Below are positions 39,835 through 51,917 of a stretch of 64,000 nucleotides of DNA, in pieces. The stretch is from Fimbriimonadales bacterium (GTDB lineage Bacteria > Armatimonadota > Fimbriimonadia > Fimbriimonadales > ATM1). Each line of letters opens with the position of its first letter. Positions within the stretch are counted from its first letter, which is position 1. Made by a program: the position numbers and the translations under genes. Location: contig JBPCLO010000053.1 of NCBI GenBank assembly GCA_051003155.1, positions 26,676-90,675 of the forward strand, written 5' to 3'. Under the pieces are notes generated by a model, which worked only from the letters and a program-made list of their open reading frames with translations, made no database searches and was not told where the DNA came from.

Positions 39835-41766
39835 TTATGCGTCCACAAGAGGCTCTAAGCGAAGCTGTATCCTGGGGAGCAAGTCCCTAAACCAGTCGCC
39901 GTCGGGCGAGACAACCGGAAACCACCACGCCGCAGGACGACGGTTAGTCTTCTCGAGGCCGGCGGTCGCCATTACGGCTTCTTGAACCAGACGTAGCCGC
40001 GCCAATTCGGCTTCCCGTTCGATTTCCTTCCGCCGCGAGCGCGCAGCCTGCATCGCTGGAACCGCAGGAGCCACAGCCTGCTGCTCACGCAACCTCTCGA
40101 GAAACTCGCGAAGTTCGTGACTTTCGACGCGCAAGGCCGAGATCTTATCCCCCAGCGCCGCTCGGTGTTCCTCATCGCCCGCCCTGAAAGCCTTTCCGCG
40201 GCCGACCTCGGCCTGGACCCATTCTCTCTTGATCGACCGCAGCCTTTCGTGCGTTTCTTGAACGACGCCACGCACTCGGTGAACCTCGTCATCCAAGGGC
40301 GCCAGCGACTCGCGCAGAGACTCGTACTCGCCCGCAAGTGTCTCCCACCTACCGCCCTTCACCTTGTGCAAGGCGCGGATCAGCGCCGCAATATTTCTTG
40401 CTTCGCCGACCATGGTGAGTGCAGTCCGCTGCTGCTCGACCACACACCGCCACGCCTTGCCGATCGTCGGTCCGGAGACGACTTCGGCTCCGAACGGCGA
40501 GCGAAGCGGCTCGGGAAGCCGAAACCAAAGGGACGTGCTGCAAAGGGCGTCCCACGCCTCATGGCCGATCCGCAGAATCGGATGCGCTTGCACACCGACC
40601 CCGGCCTTGCGCAGGGCATTATGGATTTCGCGCGTCTGCGAAACGTACATCGAAGCACCCTCGTGGAACGCGAAGACGAACTCCGCGGCAAGCATGCTAA
40701 TGAATGTGATCGCCTTGCCGACAAGCGTGCACGGCCCAAACGCATCCTCCACAACGGCAGCAAGTTCCTCGGCGCTCTCAATAGGCTTCGGAAGCTTGAC
40801 GAACTTCGGCTCCGGCGTCATTACAACCAACATTTGGCTGGTCAGCCGGACTGTGCCGCGGCCTTGGCCGGGAATCACCAGGTCGAACGGAATCGCCCCG
40901 GTGCCGAAGCGGTCGAGCGTGTAGACCTCGGTTCCACGAACGCTGTCGTCGTAAACAGTTCGCGCGAGATCGGCGGTCTTCGGGCAAAGGAAAAGGTCCA
41001 CGAAACGGAACCGCGGAAGGCTGGCGGTGGATCGGTTGAAAGTGAGGAGGTTGGTGGTGCGGGTGAAGGAGGCTTTGGAAGGGAGGCCGGTTACGATTTG
41101 ATGAAACTGAGGAAGCAAACACTCATAGTAGGCGGAAAGCGTCTTGTTCGGACACATCTCGCGAGCGTCGCAGGTCATCGTGCGAAGCGCGTTGATAACA
41201 TCTTCGGCGGCAGCCTTCTGCTCAGGTTCGGACAGTGTCGCCAGCGTCTCATTGAGCGCCCAAATGAACGTCGCCTGGAGCGTCTCAAACGCTTCGACCA
41301 TGGGTATCTCGGCTGTAACTCGCGGCGTTTCGTAGTTGCCCGCCACACCTCGCCAGCCCCACGCCTCGGTCGCCGAGTCCATGGCCCCATGGTCACCCCT
41401 CAGGATTCGCTCCAGCGAGACGCCGGCCTCCGCTAGCACCTCCCTGGTAACCGGCGTCTCGCTCCCGAACAGTGCGCTGAACTCGCCGGCGGCCGACCAG
41501 AATTCTTTGGTCGAGCCATCATTCTTCGCGAGCGCGACAAACGGCTCCCGCGAATGAACTCCGCCCGGCAGCTTCGCGAAATAGTCTGTGTCATGGACAC
41601 CCGCAATCAAACCTAAATCCGCGCCGACTTCTTCCGCCAAGATCGGCAGGGCTGCCTTCAACGGCTCATCCCAGAAAACGGTCTGGCCGAGCGCCAGCAC
41701 AGGAACACCCGCCGCCGCCTCTTGGAGACGTCGCAAGGTGCTCTCGACGCTGTCATGCAATTCCAC
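39835..41766 (-). CDS. Conserved hypothetical protein with C-terminal coiled coil
   Basis: Long ORF with natural composition between dinG and dapF; GTG start 7 nt after TAGAAT. Confidence 0.75.
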   Translation of the reverse strand: MELHDSVESTLRRLQEAAAGVPVLALGQTVFWDEPLKAALPILAEEVGADLGLIAGVHDTDYFAKLPGGVHSREPFVALAKNDGSTKEFWSAAGEFSALFGSETPVTREVLAEAGVSLERILRGDHGAMDSATEAWGWRGVAGNYETPRVTAEIPMVEAFETLQATFIWALNETLATLSEPEQKAAAEDVINALRTMTCDAREMCPNKTLSAYYECLLPQFHQIVTGLPSKASFTRTTNLLTFNRSTASLPRFRFVDLFLCPKTADLARTVYDDSVRGTEVYTLDRFGTGAIPFDLVIPGQGRGTVRLTSQMLVVMTPEPKFVKLPKPIESAEELAAVVEDAFGPCTLVGKAITFISMLAAEFVFAFHEGASMYVSQTREIHNALRKAGVGVQAHPILRIGHEAWDALCSTSLWFRLPEPLRSPFGAEVVSGPTIGKAWRCVVEQQRTALTMVGEARNIAALIRALHKVKGGRWETLAGEYESLRESLAPLDDEVHRVRGVVQETHERLRSIKREWVQAEVGRGKAFRAGDEEHRAALGDKISALRVESHELREFLERLREQQAVAPAVPAMQAARSRRKEIEREAELARLRLVQEAVMATAGLEKTNRRPAAWWFPVVSPDGDWFRDLLPRIQLRLEPLVDA

Positions 41767-41777
41767 CTGAGCGTATT

Positions 41778-43877
41778 CTACTCGCCCCTTCCGAAGCCCC
41801 GGTAGGTCGGAGGGGACTCGAGTCCACCGATCCCGAGGCTCGCGAATGCCTCGACTGGGTCGTTGAAGGTCCGCATGTTCTCGGGTAGGTTGCGCAGGAT
41901 CTCCTCGCCATACCGTTTGCTTCGAAGCCGCGGGTCGAGAATTGCGATCACGCCCCGGTCGTCCGAGCGCCGGATCAGCCGGCCCGCCCCCTGCCGCATG
42001 ATCATCTTCGCCAAAGGTAACGAATGCGCCCCGAACGGGTCGAGACCTTTCGTCAATAGCCACGCCTGCCGGACAATCTGCGGCGGATCGACCGGCACTT
42101 CGAACGGCACACGCACAAGAATCACGCAGGACAGCGTCTCGCCTGGAGCATCGAACCCAGTCCAGAACGAACGCAAGGCAAACAGCGAGGCATGCACGTT
42201 CTCCCGAAACCGCTCGCCGACCGCGGCGACGCCGGTCTTACGCTGCACGTAAATCGGCAGTTCATCAGGCAGCGACGTCCGCTCCAACACGGCCTCCATC
42301 TCCTTTCGGCTGTGAAAGAGCGCCAGCGTCCGCCCGCCGGCAGCGCGAATCAGAGCCCCGATCTCCTTGCCCAACGCGTTGTAGTAAACGTCTTCCATAC
42401 CGTCCTTTCGCGCCTGGCTTGGGTCGGGAATGGCGCCGACAGGAGGCAGGTAGAGGGCCGCCTGAGCATGAAAATCGAATGGTGACGGGAGCACCTCCTC
42501 GAAGTCCGCCTCCGCCCCAACGGTTCGCTTGAAGAAATCGAAGTCGCCGTCGAGCGCGAGTGTGGCCGACATGCATACGAACGGGGTTTCGTCCCAAAGC
42601 ATTTCTTTGAGCGGCTCAGCGATGCCCACGGTGTCGTGGCGCAATGACGTGTGTCCATTGTCAGTCCCAAAACCGCGATTCGCATAGCTAACCGAAACTC
42701 CCTGAGGCTTGAACAGCGCTTCGCAGCCCCAACCGAACTCGCGCAAGTACAGCTCGTAGCTTCGGATGGCCTCTCTCGCGTCGCCTGCAAGTTCTTTGCC
42801 CTCCTCGCCCTTCCATCCCTTCAACGCCGATCGAATTCCCTTCAAGAACGCTTCGACCTCTTGCGAGACCGAGGTCGCCAGCAATTGCGCGCCCTCGCGC
42901 GAATCCTGTTCAAAGCGCCTAACCTGCGGGCTGTCCCAAACCTCCGGTGGCGACGCCGCCAGAAGCCCGGTCCGCTGCACGCCCAGTGCGTACGCCTTCA
43001 AATCCGACGCGCACCTGCCGATCGCCACCCGGAACGACTCGCAAGTCTCCATCCACTCCCGCGCGGCGCCTGCCTCCGAAGCCATCCGCAAGACTGCCTG
43101 CTCCAACTTGTTGGCAACTCCCAACAGCACGCCCAGCCGATTTTCGCTCAGCTCAAACTCCAGCGCCCCCTCGGCCGCGTTCGCGAAGTCGTGGCCCTCA
43201 TCGATCACCAGGAAGTCGAAGTCGCCGATCAGCGAAGAATCCCCTTGCGAAGCGCGCCGCAGAATCGCGTCCTGCATCACAACGCTGTGGTTGGTGATCA
43301 GCACTTGCGCACTCTCGGCCTGCCGCCGCGCCTTGTAATAGAAGCACTTGTCGTACTCGGGACAGAGCCGCGCAGGACAGACGGGCGGAGTGGCGATCTG
43401 CATCCACGCGGGCGCCATTTCTCTTGGTCCACGACTCACCAGCTTGCGAAACTCGGTCTCGATGCCGAGCTGTGCTTTCGAAACGAAGGCCTCCATAAGC
43501 TCGGGCGCGTTCTCCTTCACCCCCACCCGGCATGCATACCTCTGCCTGCCGATCAGGAAGCTGCACTTCGGCGGCTCGTCGGTAAACAGAGAGAGAGCCA
43601 ACGGGAGGTCTTGCCGCCAGTACTGCTCTGACAGGACGTTCGTATAGGTGGCGATGACGATCCGCTTGCCCGTTGCGACGGCATGTGCGATCGCGGGAAT
43701 CAGCGCGGCGAGCGATTTTCCGAGCCCCGTCGGCGCCTCGAAAAGCCCCCGCTGCCCGCCCTCGATGCAGTCGCCGATGAGCATGGCAAGCTGCTGCTGA
43801 TCGTCCCGCGCCACGAAGCCCGGCTTTGCCGACAGGCATTCGAATGCCGATTGAATCAGGTCGCGCGCATCGGGCAC
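41778..43877 (-). CDS. dinG: ATP-dependent DNA helicase, DinG/YoaA family
   Basis: EAPTGLGKS, Fe-S Cys cluster, IDEGH, MSATL and QGAGRLIRR motifs. Confidence 0.92.
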   Translation of the reverse strand: MPDARDLIQSAFECLSAKPGFVARDDQQQLAMLIGDCIEGGQRGLFEAPTGLGKSLAALIPAIAHAVATGKRIVIATYTNVLSEQYWRQDLPLALSLFTDEPPKCSFLIGRQRYACRVGVKENAPELMEAFVSKAQLGIETEFRKLVSRGPREMAPAWMQIATPPVCPARLCPEYDKCFYYKARRQAESAQVLITNHSVVMQDAILRRASQGDSSLIGDFDFLVIDEGHDFANAAEGALEFELSENRLGVLLGVANKLEQAVLRMASEAGAAREWMETCESFRVAIGRCASDLKAYALGVQRTGLLAASPPEVWDSPQVRRFEQDSREGAQLLATSVSQEVEAFLKGIRSALKGWKGEEGKELAGDAREAIRSYELYLREFGWGCEALFKPQGVSVSYANRGFGTDNGHTSLRHDTVGIAEPLKEMLWDETPFVCMSATLALDGDFDFFKRTVGAEADFEEVLPSPFDFHAQAALYLPPVGAIPDPSQARKDGMEDVYYNALGKEIGALIRAAGGRTLALFHSRKEMEAVLERTSLPDELPIYVQRKTGVAAVGERFRENVHASLFALRSFWTGFDAPGETLSCVILVRVPFEVPVDPPQIVRQAWLLTKGLDPFGAHSLPLAKMIMRQGAGRLIRRSDDRGVIAILDPRLRSKRYGEEILRNLPENMRTFNDPVEAFASLGIGGLESPPTYRGFGRGE

Positions 43878-44074
43878 GCTGGAATTATGGTGGATTCTCA
43901 ACGAATGCGGACTCGCCGAGGTGATGAATGCTGCTGGGGCCGGTGCGCCCGCTCATCAGGCCCCTCGTCCACGCCCGAACTGTACACCGGCAGTTGCGGA
44001 CACCCTGAGCAAACCCGCGGAAGACCGGCGGAAAAAACAAGGCGGCCACCAAGGATGAACCCCCACCGGCGGAT

Positions 44075-44104
44075 TTACCCTCACCGGCGGAGCGGTGAGG
44101 GTAA
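44075..44104 (-). terminator. Perfect 12-bp hairpin downstream of the ompA-like gene
   Basis: TTACCCTCACCG-GCGGAG-CGGTGAGGGTAA; no clear U-tract, so terminator role is tentative. Confidence 0.45.
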
Positions 44105-44156
44105 CTACTTTGAGGCGTGAAAGTACCTTATCCCTTCAAGAAGAGGGTGACCAGTC

Positions 44157-45395
44157 TTACTTAGCAGTCACCCGAGCGTCGATGCGTCGGTTGCGCTGCT
44201 TGCCTTCCTCCGTTGTGTTGTCAGCAATCGGATGCTCTTGCCCATAGCCCTCCGCTTCAACACGCTCGACGCCGATTCCGCGGCCAACGAGCGCATGCAT
44301 GGTGTTCGTGGCACGCTCCGCGGAGAGCTTCATGTTGGCATCGGCACCACCCGTGTTGTCGGTATAGCCGCCGATCTTCAGGTGCACATTGGGATACGCG
44401 TCGAGGATCGCAGCGACATTGTCCAGCTGTGCATCGCTCGCCGGCCGCAGCGTTGCCTTCCCGGTGTCGAATTCGAGCCGCTCGAACGTGAACCAACTAG
44501 TCTGATCGACCGGCTTGTCGGCGTTCTCGATGAACTCGATCAGCTTGGCTTCCACGCTGTCGTCCGGGAACCGGATCTTAACGCCGCTCGGAAGTTCCTT
44601 CTCCGTCACGCCCGGGGTTTCAGGCGCATTCGTCACGGCATCGGGGCTGGTCACCGCAGGCGTTTCCGGGACCTTATTCTCCGGCTTTCGGTTCATGAAC
44701 CACCAGATAAGTCCTCCCACGGCCAAAATCCCGATGAGCCAAGCAAGCCAATTCATCCCGCCGCCCGATGCCTCGGCGCTCCGGCCCGATGCCGTCGTAG
44801 CGGCCTTCGAAACGGAAGGGCCAACGGTCGCCGCGCCGGCTGCGACTCGGTCCATATCCGGCACGTCCGGCAGGTCGACCATGTCGCCTAAGCCAGCGGG
44901 CATGAGGCTCTTGGGATCGGGCAGGTTCTGGTTGAGAAATCCGGCGAACTGAGAGGGGTCGGTTCCGCCGCCAGGCGCCTGTTTGCCCAGAAATCCGAGG
45001 ATCATCGGCGCGACGGTGGCCAAGAGGCCAGCCGCGGTCGTCTTGTCGATTCCGGCGAAATTGCCGAGAAAGGAGGTTATTCGGTCGAGCTTCTCACCGA
45101 AGAGGCCGCCCAGAAGGCTCTCGCCCGCGATTGCTGGACTACCGTCGGGATCGCCCTCTTCAAAACGCGACGACAGGCTGTCCGCGTCGGCAGGCAGGTT
45201 TCGGTCTCGGATCATGCTGGAAAGCATTTCGGCCCCGCCGGAGGTCTGAGCTTTCGCGCCGATGCCGCCCAGAATTGCGGGCAACGCGCCATCGAGGAGT
45301 TTGGAAACCGCGCTTTCATCGATACCCAGCAACGAGGCCAACTTCTGCACCAAGCCTCCACTCAACTGACTCTTTAGTAACTCGATCAGGTTCAT
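44157..45395 (-). CDS. OmpA-family protein with N-terminal DUF937 domain
   Basis: DUF937-like N-terminus, TM, and OmpA C-domain (GYTDNTG, LSAERA, NRRID). Confidence 0.9.
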   Translation of the reverse strand: MNLIELLKSQLSGGLVQKLASLLGIDESAVSKLLDGALPAILGGIGAKAQTSGGAEMLSSMIRDRNLPADADSLSSRFEEGDPDGSPAIAGESLLGGLFGEKLDRITSFLGNFAGIDKTTAAGLLATVAPMILGFLGKQAPGGGTDPSQFAGFLNQNLPDPKSLMPAGLGDMVDLPDVPDMDRVAAGAATVGPSVSKAATTASGRSAEASGGGMNWLAWLIGILAVGGLIWWFMNRKPENKVPETPAVTSPDAVTNAPETPGVTEKELPSGVKIRFPDDSVEAKLIEFIENADKPVDQTSWFTFERLEFDTGKATLRPASDAQLDNVAAILDAYPNVHLKIGGYTDNTGGADANMKLSAERATNTMHALVGRGIGVERVEAEGYGQEHPIADNTTEEGKQRNRRIDARVTAK

Positions 45396-45482
45396 CTCTA
45401 GACTCCCTTGTCCATATTGGACAGTTCATTGTACACATAAAAAATCGGCGCTCGAACGCAACGAAACCAACATGCGTCCCGT

Positions 45483-45989
45483 ATGGCGTTCGTGCCCGAG
45501 CTCGTTGTGTATAAGCCCGCCGACATCTTGCGATGGCTAAAGATCGGTTCTCAATCCCTAAGATCGGTCGACCTCAAACCCGTGAAGCGGGACGAAATTT
45601 CGCTAAAGGGCCTTGTGGGAGCTGCCTTGGGCAAGGCGCTTGACATCGGCAAGGGCACGGTCGCAAGCGCAGGAGGCTGGGCAATCGACCGGCTCGAATA
45701 CCGATTTCACGAAGACCGTTTGGAGATGCTTGGGGCAGGACCACCCAAGAGCATCCTCTACTCCGAGATCAGTTCGGTAACGAGTTCGAAGCGAACCTTC
45801 CAAGTCGTTCACGAAGGCGGCAAGTTGACCCTGCGGCCGTACGCTTGGCTGGTGGTGTCGGGAGTGAAAGTGCCGCTCGGCTGGGAGAGAAACGGAATGG
45901 AAGTATCGTTCGAACTCCTAGCCGAGGAACTGGCCGCGAGAGCGAAGCTAGAGGTGCTTCCCTCCTACCGCCGTCGGGCGTCGGCCTAA
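45483..45989 (+). CDS. Hypothetical protein
   Basis: 168-aa ORF with natural composition filling the gap; no family recognised. Confidence 0.65.
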   Translation: MAFVPELVVYKPADILRWLKIGSQSLRSVDLKPVKRDEISLKGLVGAALGKALDIGKGTVASAGGWAIDRLEYRFHEDRLEMLGAGPPKSILYSEISSVTSSKRTFQVVHEGGKLTLRPYAWLVVSGVKVPLGWERNGMEVSFELLAEELAARAKLEVLPSYRRRASA

Positions 45990-46858
45990 CGGATTCGGAC
46001 GAGCGAATCCGAAACCATCTTCGCGGCTAGGCCCGTCCCGGCGAGAGCATCGTCGAGGTTACCCAACAGCGAAGCGCCATCGATTCGCCGTTCCGTTACG
46101 GGCCCAGCATCTTCGAGTCTAGCTTCGATCGTCACGTTGTGCCGCGTCGCGAGGGCTTGCAGAGTTTGGACCAGGTTTCCTTCAAATACGTTGTCCCGCC
46201 TACTAACGGCCGGCTGCGGGAAGAAAATCGCCATTGTCGACGTCTCCGTGTCCGCCTTGAGCCAAAGAGCCGGCGGAGTGCCGCCGATAACATTCAGCGG
46301 AGCATCGTAGAGTTCGGACGCTTTCACGATGTCCACCCGCGTGCCTTTCGCGTCTCTCGGCGGTAGAGTTTCAAAGTCGGATCCGCCATGAAGCACCTGT
46401 ATGCGAACGTCTTCCTTGGGCACCATTTGGATGTGAAGGCTGCCTTCGACCAATTGCGTTTCGAGTGGTTTGAACAGCGTTCCCGGGGCACCCGTGATGT
46501 TGGCGCCTACGCCGTTCGAACCCGAATTCGACCAAGGTCCACGGAAAACGATCGCTCCAACCAAGAGGGCAGCGGCCGCGCCCAAGAGAACGAACCGAAA
46601 CCCTTTACCGGGCGAAGCCGTTTGCTTTCGCTCCCAATCCACGTGATCGAGCCGGCGAGCGATGTGCTCCCGAACGTCGCTGGGAACCTCCATGGCGGGC
46701 AGATCCGCAATGGCCCGATAGGTCGAGCTGAAAACGCCAAAGGTATGTTCGCAGGAAGGGCACTCCGCAATGTGCCGCTCGACAGCTTGCCTGAGCCCCT
46801 CGCTGATCGACTCCTCGTGTAGTTCGCTAAATAGTTCTTGTGCTTTATCGCAGGTCAT
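45986..46858 (-). CDS. Zinc-binding (zf-HC2) transmembrane anti-sigma factor
   Basis: MTC...HIAECPSC, TM and periplasmic domain; follows the ECF sigma gene. Confidence 0.88.
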   Translation of the reverse strand: MTCDKAQELFSELHEESISEGLRQAVERHIAECPSCEHTFGVFSSTYRAIADLPAMEVPSDVREHIARRLDHVDWERKQTASPGKGFRFVLLGAAAALLVGAIVFRGPWSNSGSNGVGANITGAPGTLFKPLETQLVEGSLHIQMVPKEDVRIQVLHGGSDFETLPPRDAKGTRVDIVKASELYDAPLNVIGGTPPALWLKADTETSTMAIFFPQPAVSRRDNVFEGNLVQTLQALATRHNVTIEARLEDAGPVTERRIDGASLLGNLDDALAGTGLAAKMVSDSLVRIR

Positions 46859-46894
46859 ACAACCCCGCCTTGTTGGTTACGAACTCTGACTGCG

Positions 46895-47485
46895 TCACTT
46901 TACGAAAAGTTCCTCATGAGGTTCGAGAAGTTCTCTAAGGCCCAGCCGTGCCCGGTTGAGCCGGCTCTTGACAGTTCCGATCGGCGTGTCCAGGAGGTGG
47001 GCGATCTCCTCGTAGCTGAGCATCTCCACGTGGAACATCACGATCATTGCTCGTTGGTACTCAGGCAACTTCGCGATCGCGTCCTCCATGACACGCTGCC
47101 GCTCGTTGCGTTCGGAGCTCTCCGTGGGCGACTCGACGTCGACGGATGTGCTCACCCGCTCGTCATCGACGACTAAGGCATCGTCCAGGGTTTGGGTCTG
47201 CCGCCTCTGCTCTTTCTTTCTTCGGTCTAGGAAACAATTCGTAATGATGCGAAAGAGCCAAGTGCTGAACTGGCTTTCTCTTCTGAAGCGCTGGATCGCG
47301 GTGTACACGCGAACGAACGCTTCTGCAACCAGATCGGACGCATCGTCCGCATTACCTGCCAGCCTATATGCGAATTGATACGCCCGCGTTTGATACCGCG
47401 CCACGATCTCGTCCATAGCCTCTCGGTCGCCGGATTGTGCGCGCTCGACAAGGCGAGCATCGCTAACGTCCGGCTGCGTCACCAT
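46895..47485 (-). CDS. ECF RNA polymerase sigma factor
   Basis: FSTWLFRI (region 2); SYEEIA...IGTVKSRLNRAR (region 4). Confidence 0.95.
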   Translation of the reverse strand: MVTQPDVSDARLVERAQSGDREAMDEIVARYQTRAYQFAYRLAGNADDASDLVAEAFVRVYTAIQRFRRESQFSTWLFRIITNCFLDRRKKEQRRQTQTLDDALVVDDERVSTSVDVESPTESSERNERQRVMEDAIAKLPEYQRAMIVMFHVEMLSYEEIAHLLDTPIGTVKSRLNRARLGLRELLEPHEELFVK

Positions 47486-47966
47486 CGAGTCCCGCCGCGA
47501 TGCTTATCGCCTCCTGCTCTTCGGGTGTCAGCGTCTGTTCGCACTTGCCGGACAAGAGGCCTTTGCCGTAAACCCTCGTCGACTCGCGCCCCGCGACGCT
47601 AGATACTACGACTCCGTGACCCTTCTCATTCTGGAGAGCCAGTGCAAAGCTCTGCCTGCCACCGGTGTCGTCGAACGCGTCGAACTTTACGAAACCAACG
47701 CGGGCGTATGCGTGACCCATCCACTCTTCAGCGAAGGAAAGCCGGCGATTGGCCTGCTCGTACTGGCCTTCCAGCCTCGACCTGGAACGCAAGTGGTCTT
47801 GGAGCAACTGCTCGAGGCTCTGGCCGCCACTCCCTTTGAGGGCCTCTCGCAAGGACGCAAGCTCCTTGGCCTGCCGCCTCCAAAGAAAGAAAAGCGCAAG
47901 CCATGTGATAACTACTGCGCCGATGCCTATCCCGAGCTGTGGCTGACCCAATTGAGCTAATATCAT
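47463..47966 (-). CDS. DUF4446 family protein
   Basis: TM, coiled coil, VKFDAFDDTGGRQSFALAL and LTPEE. Confidence 0.85.
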   Translation of the reverse strand: MILAQLGQPQLGIGIGAVVITWLALFFLWRRQAKELASLREALKGSGGQSLEQLLQDHLRSRSRLEGQYEQANRRLSFAEEWMGHAYARVGFVKFDAFDDTGGRQSFALALQNEKGHGVVVSSVAGRESTRVYGKGLLSGKCEQTLTPEEQEAISIAAGLDGDAAGR

Positions 47967-48013
47967 TCCAGATTCCCCTGCCTGTACATCCTTCCACACT
48001 ATTCTACCGAGCC

Positions 48014-48490
48014 ATGGAAGTCGAACTCCCACAAACTGTCGTCGAGGCCGAAAGACCCCGCCCGTCTCCCACTCTGCGTGCGATCGTGCGCTTCTCCCTT
48101 TTGTCCATCTTCGTCCTTCTCGCAGTCTTTGCCTTCAACTTTCAGACCGTTATCGTAGCAGGCAACTCCATGCTCCCCACACTCCGTGATCGAGAGCGGC
48201 TCCTTGTTTGCAAAGCGCTTTGGCTGGTGGGGCCGCCGCGCGAAAGCGACATCGTCGTTGTCAGAACGGGCACGACCGAGGAGTTCATTGTCAAGCGCGT
48301 CATCGGCGTCGCCGGCACCATCGTCCCCGCCATGCTCGCACCCATGGGATGGAACGTGGGGCAGGGCGATTACCGGGTGCCGGAGGGGAAGGTCTACATT
48401 GTCGGGGACAATCTGGACGGAAGCGAAGATAGCCGCACCTTCGGACCCGTGCTCGTAAGCGACGTCCTGGGCAAGGTGGTCAGGTATTGA
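48014..48490 (+). CDS. lepB: Signal peptidase I
   Basis: GNSMLPTL, IVKRVIG and GDN...SEDSR motifs. Confidence 0.92.
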   Translation: MEVELPQTVVEAERPRPSPTLRAIVRFSLLSIFVLLAVFAFNFQTVIVAGNSMLPTLRDRERLLVCKALWLVGPPRESDIVVVRTGTTEEFIVKRVIGVAGTIVPAMLAPMGWNVGQGDYRVPEGKVYIVGDNLDGSEDSRTFGPVLVSDVLGKVVRY

Positions 48491-48948
48491 AGAGGTTCCC
48501 GACCGGCCGTTGGGGACGCATGACAATGCGCTTCCACCCGGCCCCGTTGCGAGCGCCGTTCAGGCCGTTCGCGGCGATGGTCTTTGCGTGGTTAGACGGG
48601 AAGGTGCTGCTTTGCAACATTCCTGATCGAGGCTGGTGTGTCCCCAGCGGCCGTGTGGAAGCCTGCGAAGATTCCATCGAAGCCGCCCGCAGGGAGACGC
48701 TCGAAGAAGGCGGCGCGATTATCGACAACCTGTGCTACCTGGGCTGCTATGAAATCATCTCACCAAGGACAACGATGTGGACGGAGGCCTACACTGCAAA
48801 CATCAAAGAGTTGATCGACATCCCGGAAGGTAGTGAGTCTCAGGACCGGCAGCTGGTCGAAGCGCAGAAATTGCCCGACTGCTACTATATGTGGGACCCG
48901 CTGACCGAGGCGGTGTTCAAGCACTCCCGATCCGTTTTCGAGAGATAA
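48487..48948 (+). CDS. NUDIX hydrolase
   Basis: Nudix box GRVEACEDSIEAARRETLEEGG. Confidence 0.9.
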   Translation: MKRFPTGRWGRMTMRFHPAPLRAPFRPFAAMVFAWLDGKVLLCNIPDRGWCVPSGRVEACEDSIEAARRETLEEGGAIIDNLCYLGCYEIISPRTTMWTEAYTANIKELIDIPEGSESQDRQLVEAQKLPDCYYMWDPLTEAVFKHSRSVFER

Positions 48949-48949
48949 C

Positions 48950-49036
48950 CCGTCCGGTATAATATCGCGCGGGCTGTAGATTGGCAGAACGAAAGTACAT
49001 TTTTGTTACAGGCGGCGTTGTTAGCGGAATCGGCAA
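48950..49036 (+). repeat. Duplicated pyrG 5' end (promoter and first ~19 codons), left copy
   Basis: Near-identical to 50220-50305: one 1-nt indel and two synonymous substitutions. Confidence 0.95.
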
Positions 49037-49124
49037 GCCGACTTATTCCAGTCTTTTTATTAGACAATGCGACCGCAGGTTCGTGTGGAACGCCCGTCGA
49101 CATTACGTTTGCTTGGAGTCCAAT

Positions 49125-50171
49125 ATGATCGCTGCATTACTCACAATTGCCCTATGTCACGCGCCGGAAGTCAGAGCCGTTGAACCGCCTAATGGACTCG
49201 CCATTAATGTCTCCCGCTGCTTATTGATTGAAGACACGGACGGTGGAATGCGCCTTCCTACGAATCACATGCTGTTATCTGAGGACGGTAAGAGGGGATT
49301 TACGTCCTGGGCAGTTAGTGGGGCGCTTACTTGGGCAACTGGATTCAGTATCACTGAGTTCGGATCTGGCCGCCAATGGTGGGTGCCGGTCTTCCAATAC
49401 AACCGGCCCGCATCGCCGTTAGTCGTGACCCACTGGCAATGGCGCGATCTAGACGGCTTTCACAACGAGATACCCGGGCTCGGGGCGGGTCCCGAGCGAG
49501 CAATGGGTAAAGTCCTCTCAAGCCCAAGCTACGACCGGGTGACGTTGGCACATCTCGATCAGCCGACGCACACCGAAGAAGGCATGCGGCGATACGGCGG
49601 CGTGTCCGAAATCGACGTCGACGACTTGGGAATCCGCTCGAACAAGTTACTTTATAACAACTTTCGCGCACTGTCGGCAATAAAGGATAGAGCTACAAAC
49701 GCGATCATGATCAAGTCGGGCGCCGAAAACCGCTATGACATCGTTGGCGCGGGCAACGAGCAAGGAGTTGGCCCGATCGATCCTAACTTTGTTCCGATTC
49801 ACATGGACGTAGCTGCCGACATCCTTGTTCTTTTCAAAAGTCGCGTCGATTATCCGAAGATGTTAGAAATATGGTCTATAAAGGACGACAAGAAACTGTT
49901 CGCGGTCTCCCCGCCGACCATTGAGGGAGCGCCTCTTTACATCCGACAAACCGCCTTGCTTCCGAACCGAGCATTGCTGGCCTCGTTTGAGAGAGAGAAG
50001 TCGCCGACGCCCGGCGATTCGAAAGCGGCGTACGTGCTTTACAGACTCGATGAAAACTCTCAGCTGTGGTTGAACCTCGGCCCCTTTAGGCTCTCAGGCG
50101 CTTCGAATTCCGGTCGCGTGCTTCTCATTTCCAAGGGCCCGCATAACGAATACCTTGTGTGGCCGAAGTAG
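49125..50171 (+). CDS. Secreted hypothetical protein (inserted between the pyrG 5' duplicates)
   Basis: Signal peptide MIAALLTIALCHA; in frame with the upstream pyrG stub at 48981. Confidence 0.75.
   Translation: MIAALLTIALCHAPEVRAVEPPNGLAINVSRCLLIEDTDGGMRLPTNHMLLSEDGKRGFTSWAVSGALTWATGFSITEFGSGRQWWVPVFQYNRPASPLVVTHWQWRDLDGFHNEIPGLGAGPERAMGKVLSSPSYDRVTLAHLDQPTHTEEGMRRYGGVSEIDVDDLGIRSNKLLYNNFRALSAIKDRATNAIMIKSGAENRYDIVGAGNEQGVGPIDPNFVPIHMDVAADILVLFKSRVDYPKMLEIWSIKDDKKLFAVSPPTIEGAPLYIRQTALLPNRALLASFEREKSPTPGDSKAAYVLYRLDENSQLWLNLGPFRLSGASNSGRVLLISKGPHNEYLVWPK

Positions 50172-51917
<1,746 letters not shown>

Noticed and set aside
48981..50171. Second CTP synthase or genuine PyrG fusion enzyme
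   Set aside because: Only 19 residues match PyrG; the rest is an unrelated protein with its own ATG and signal peptide.
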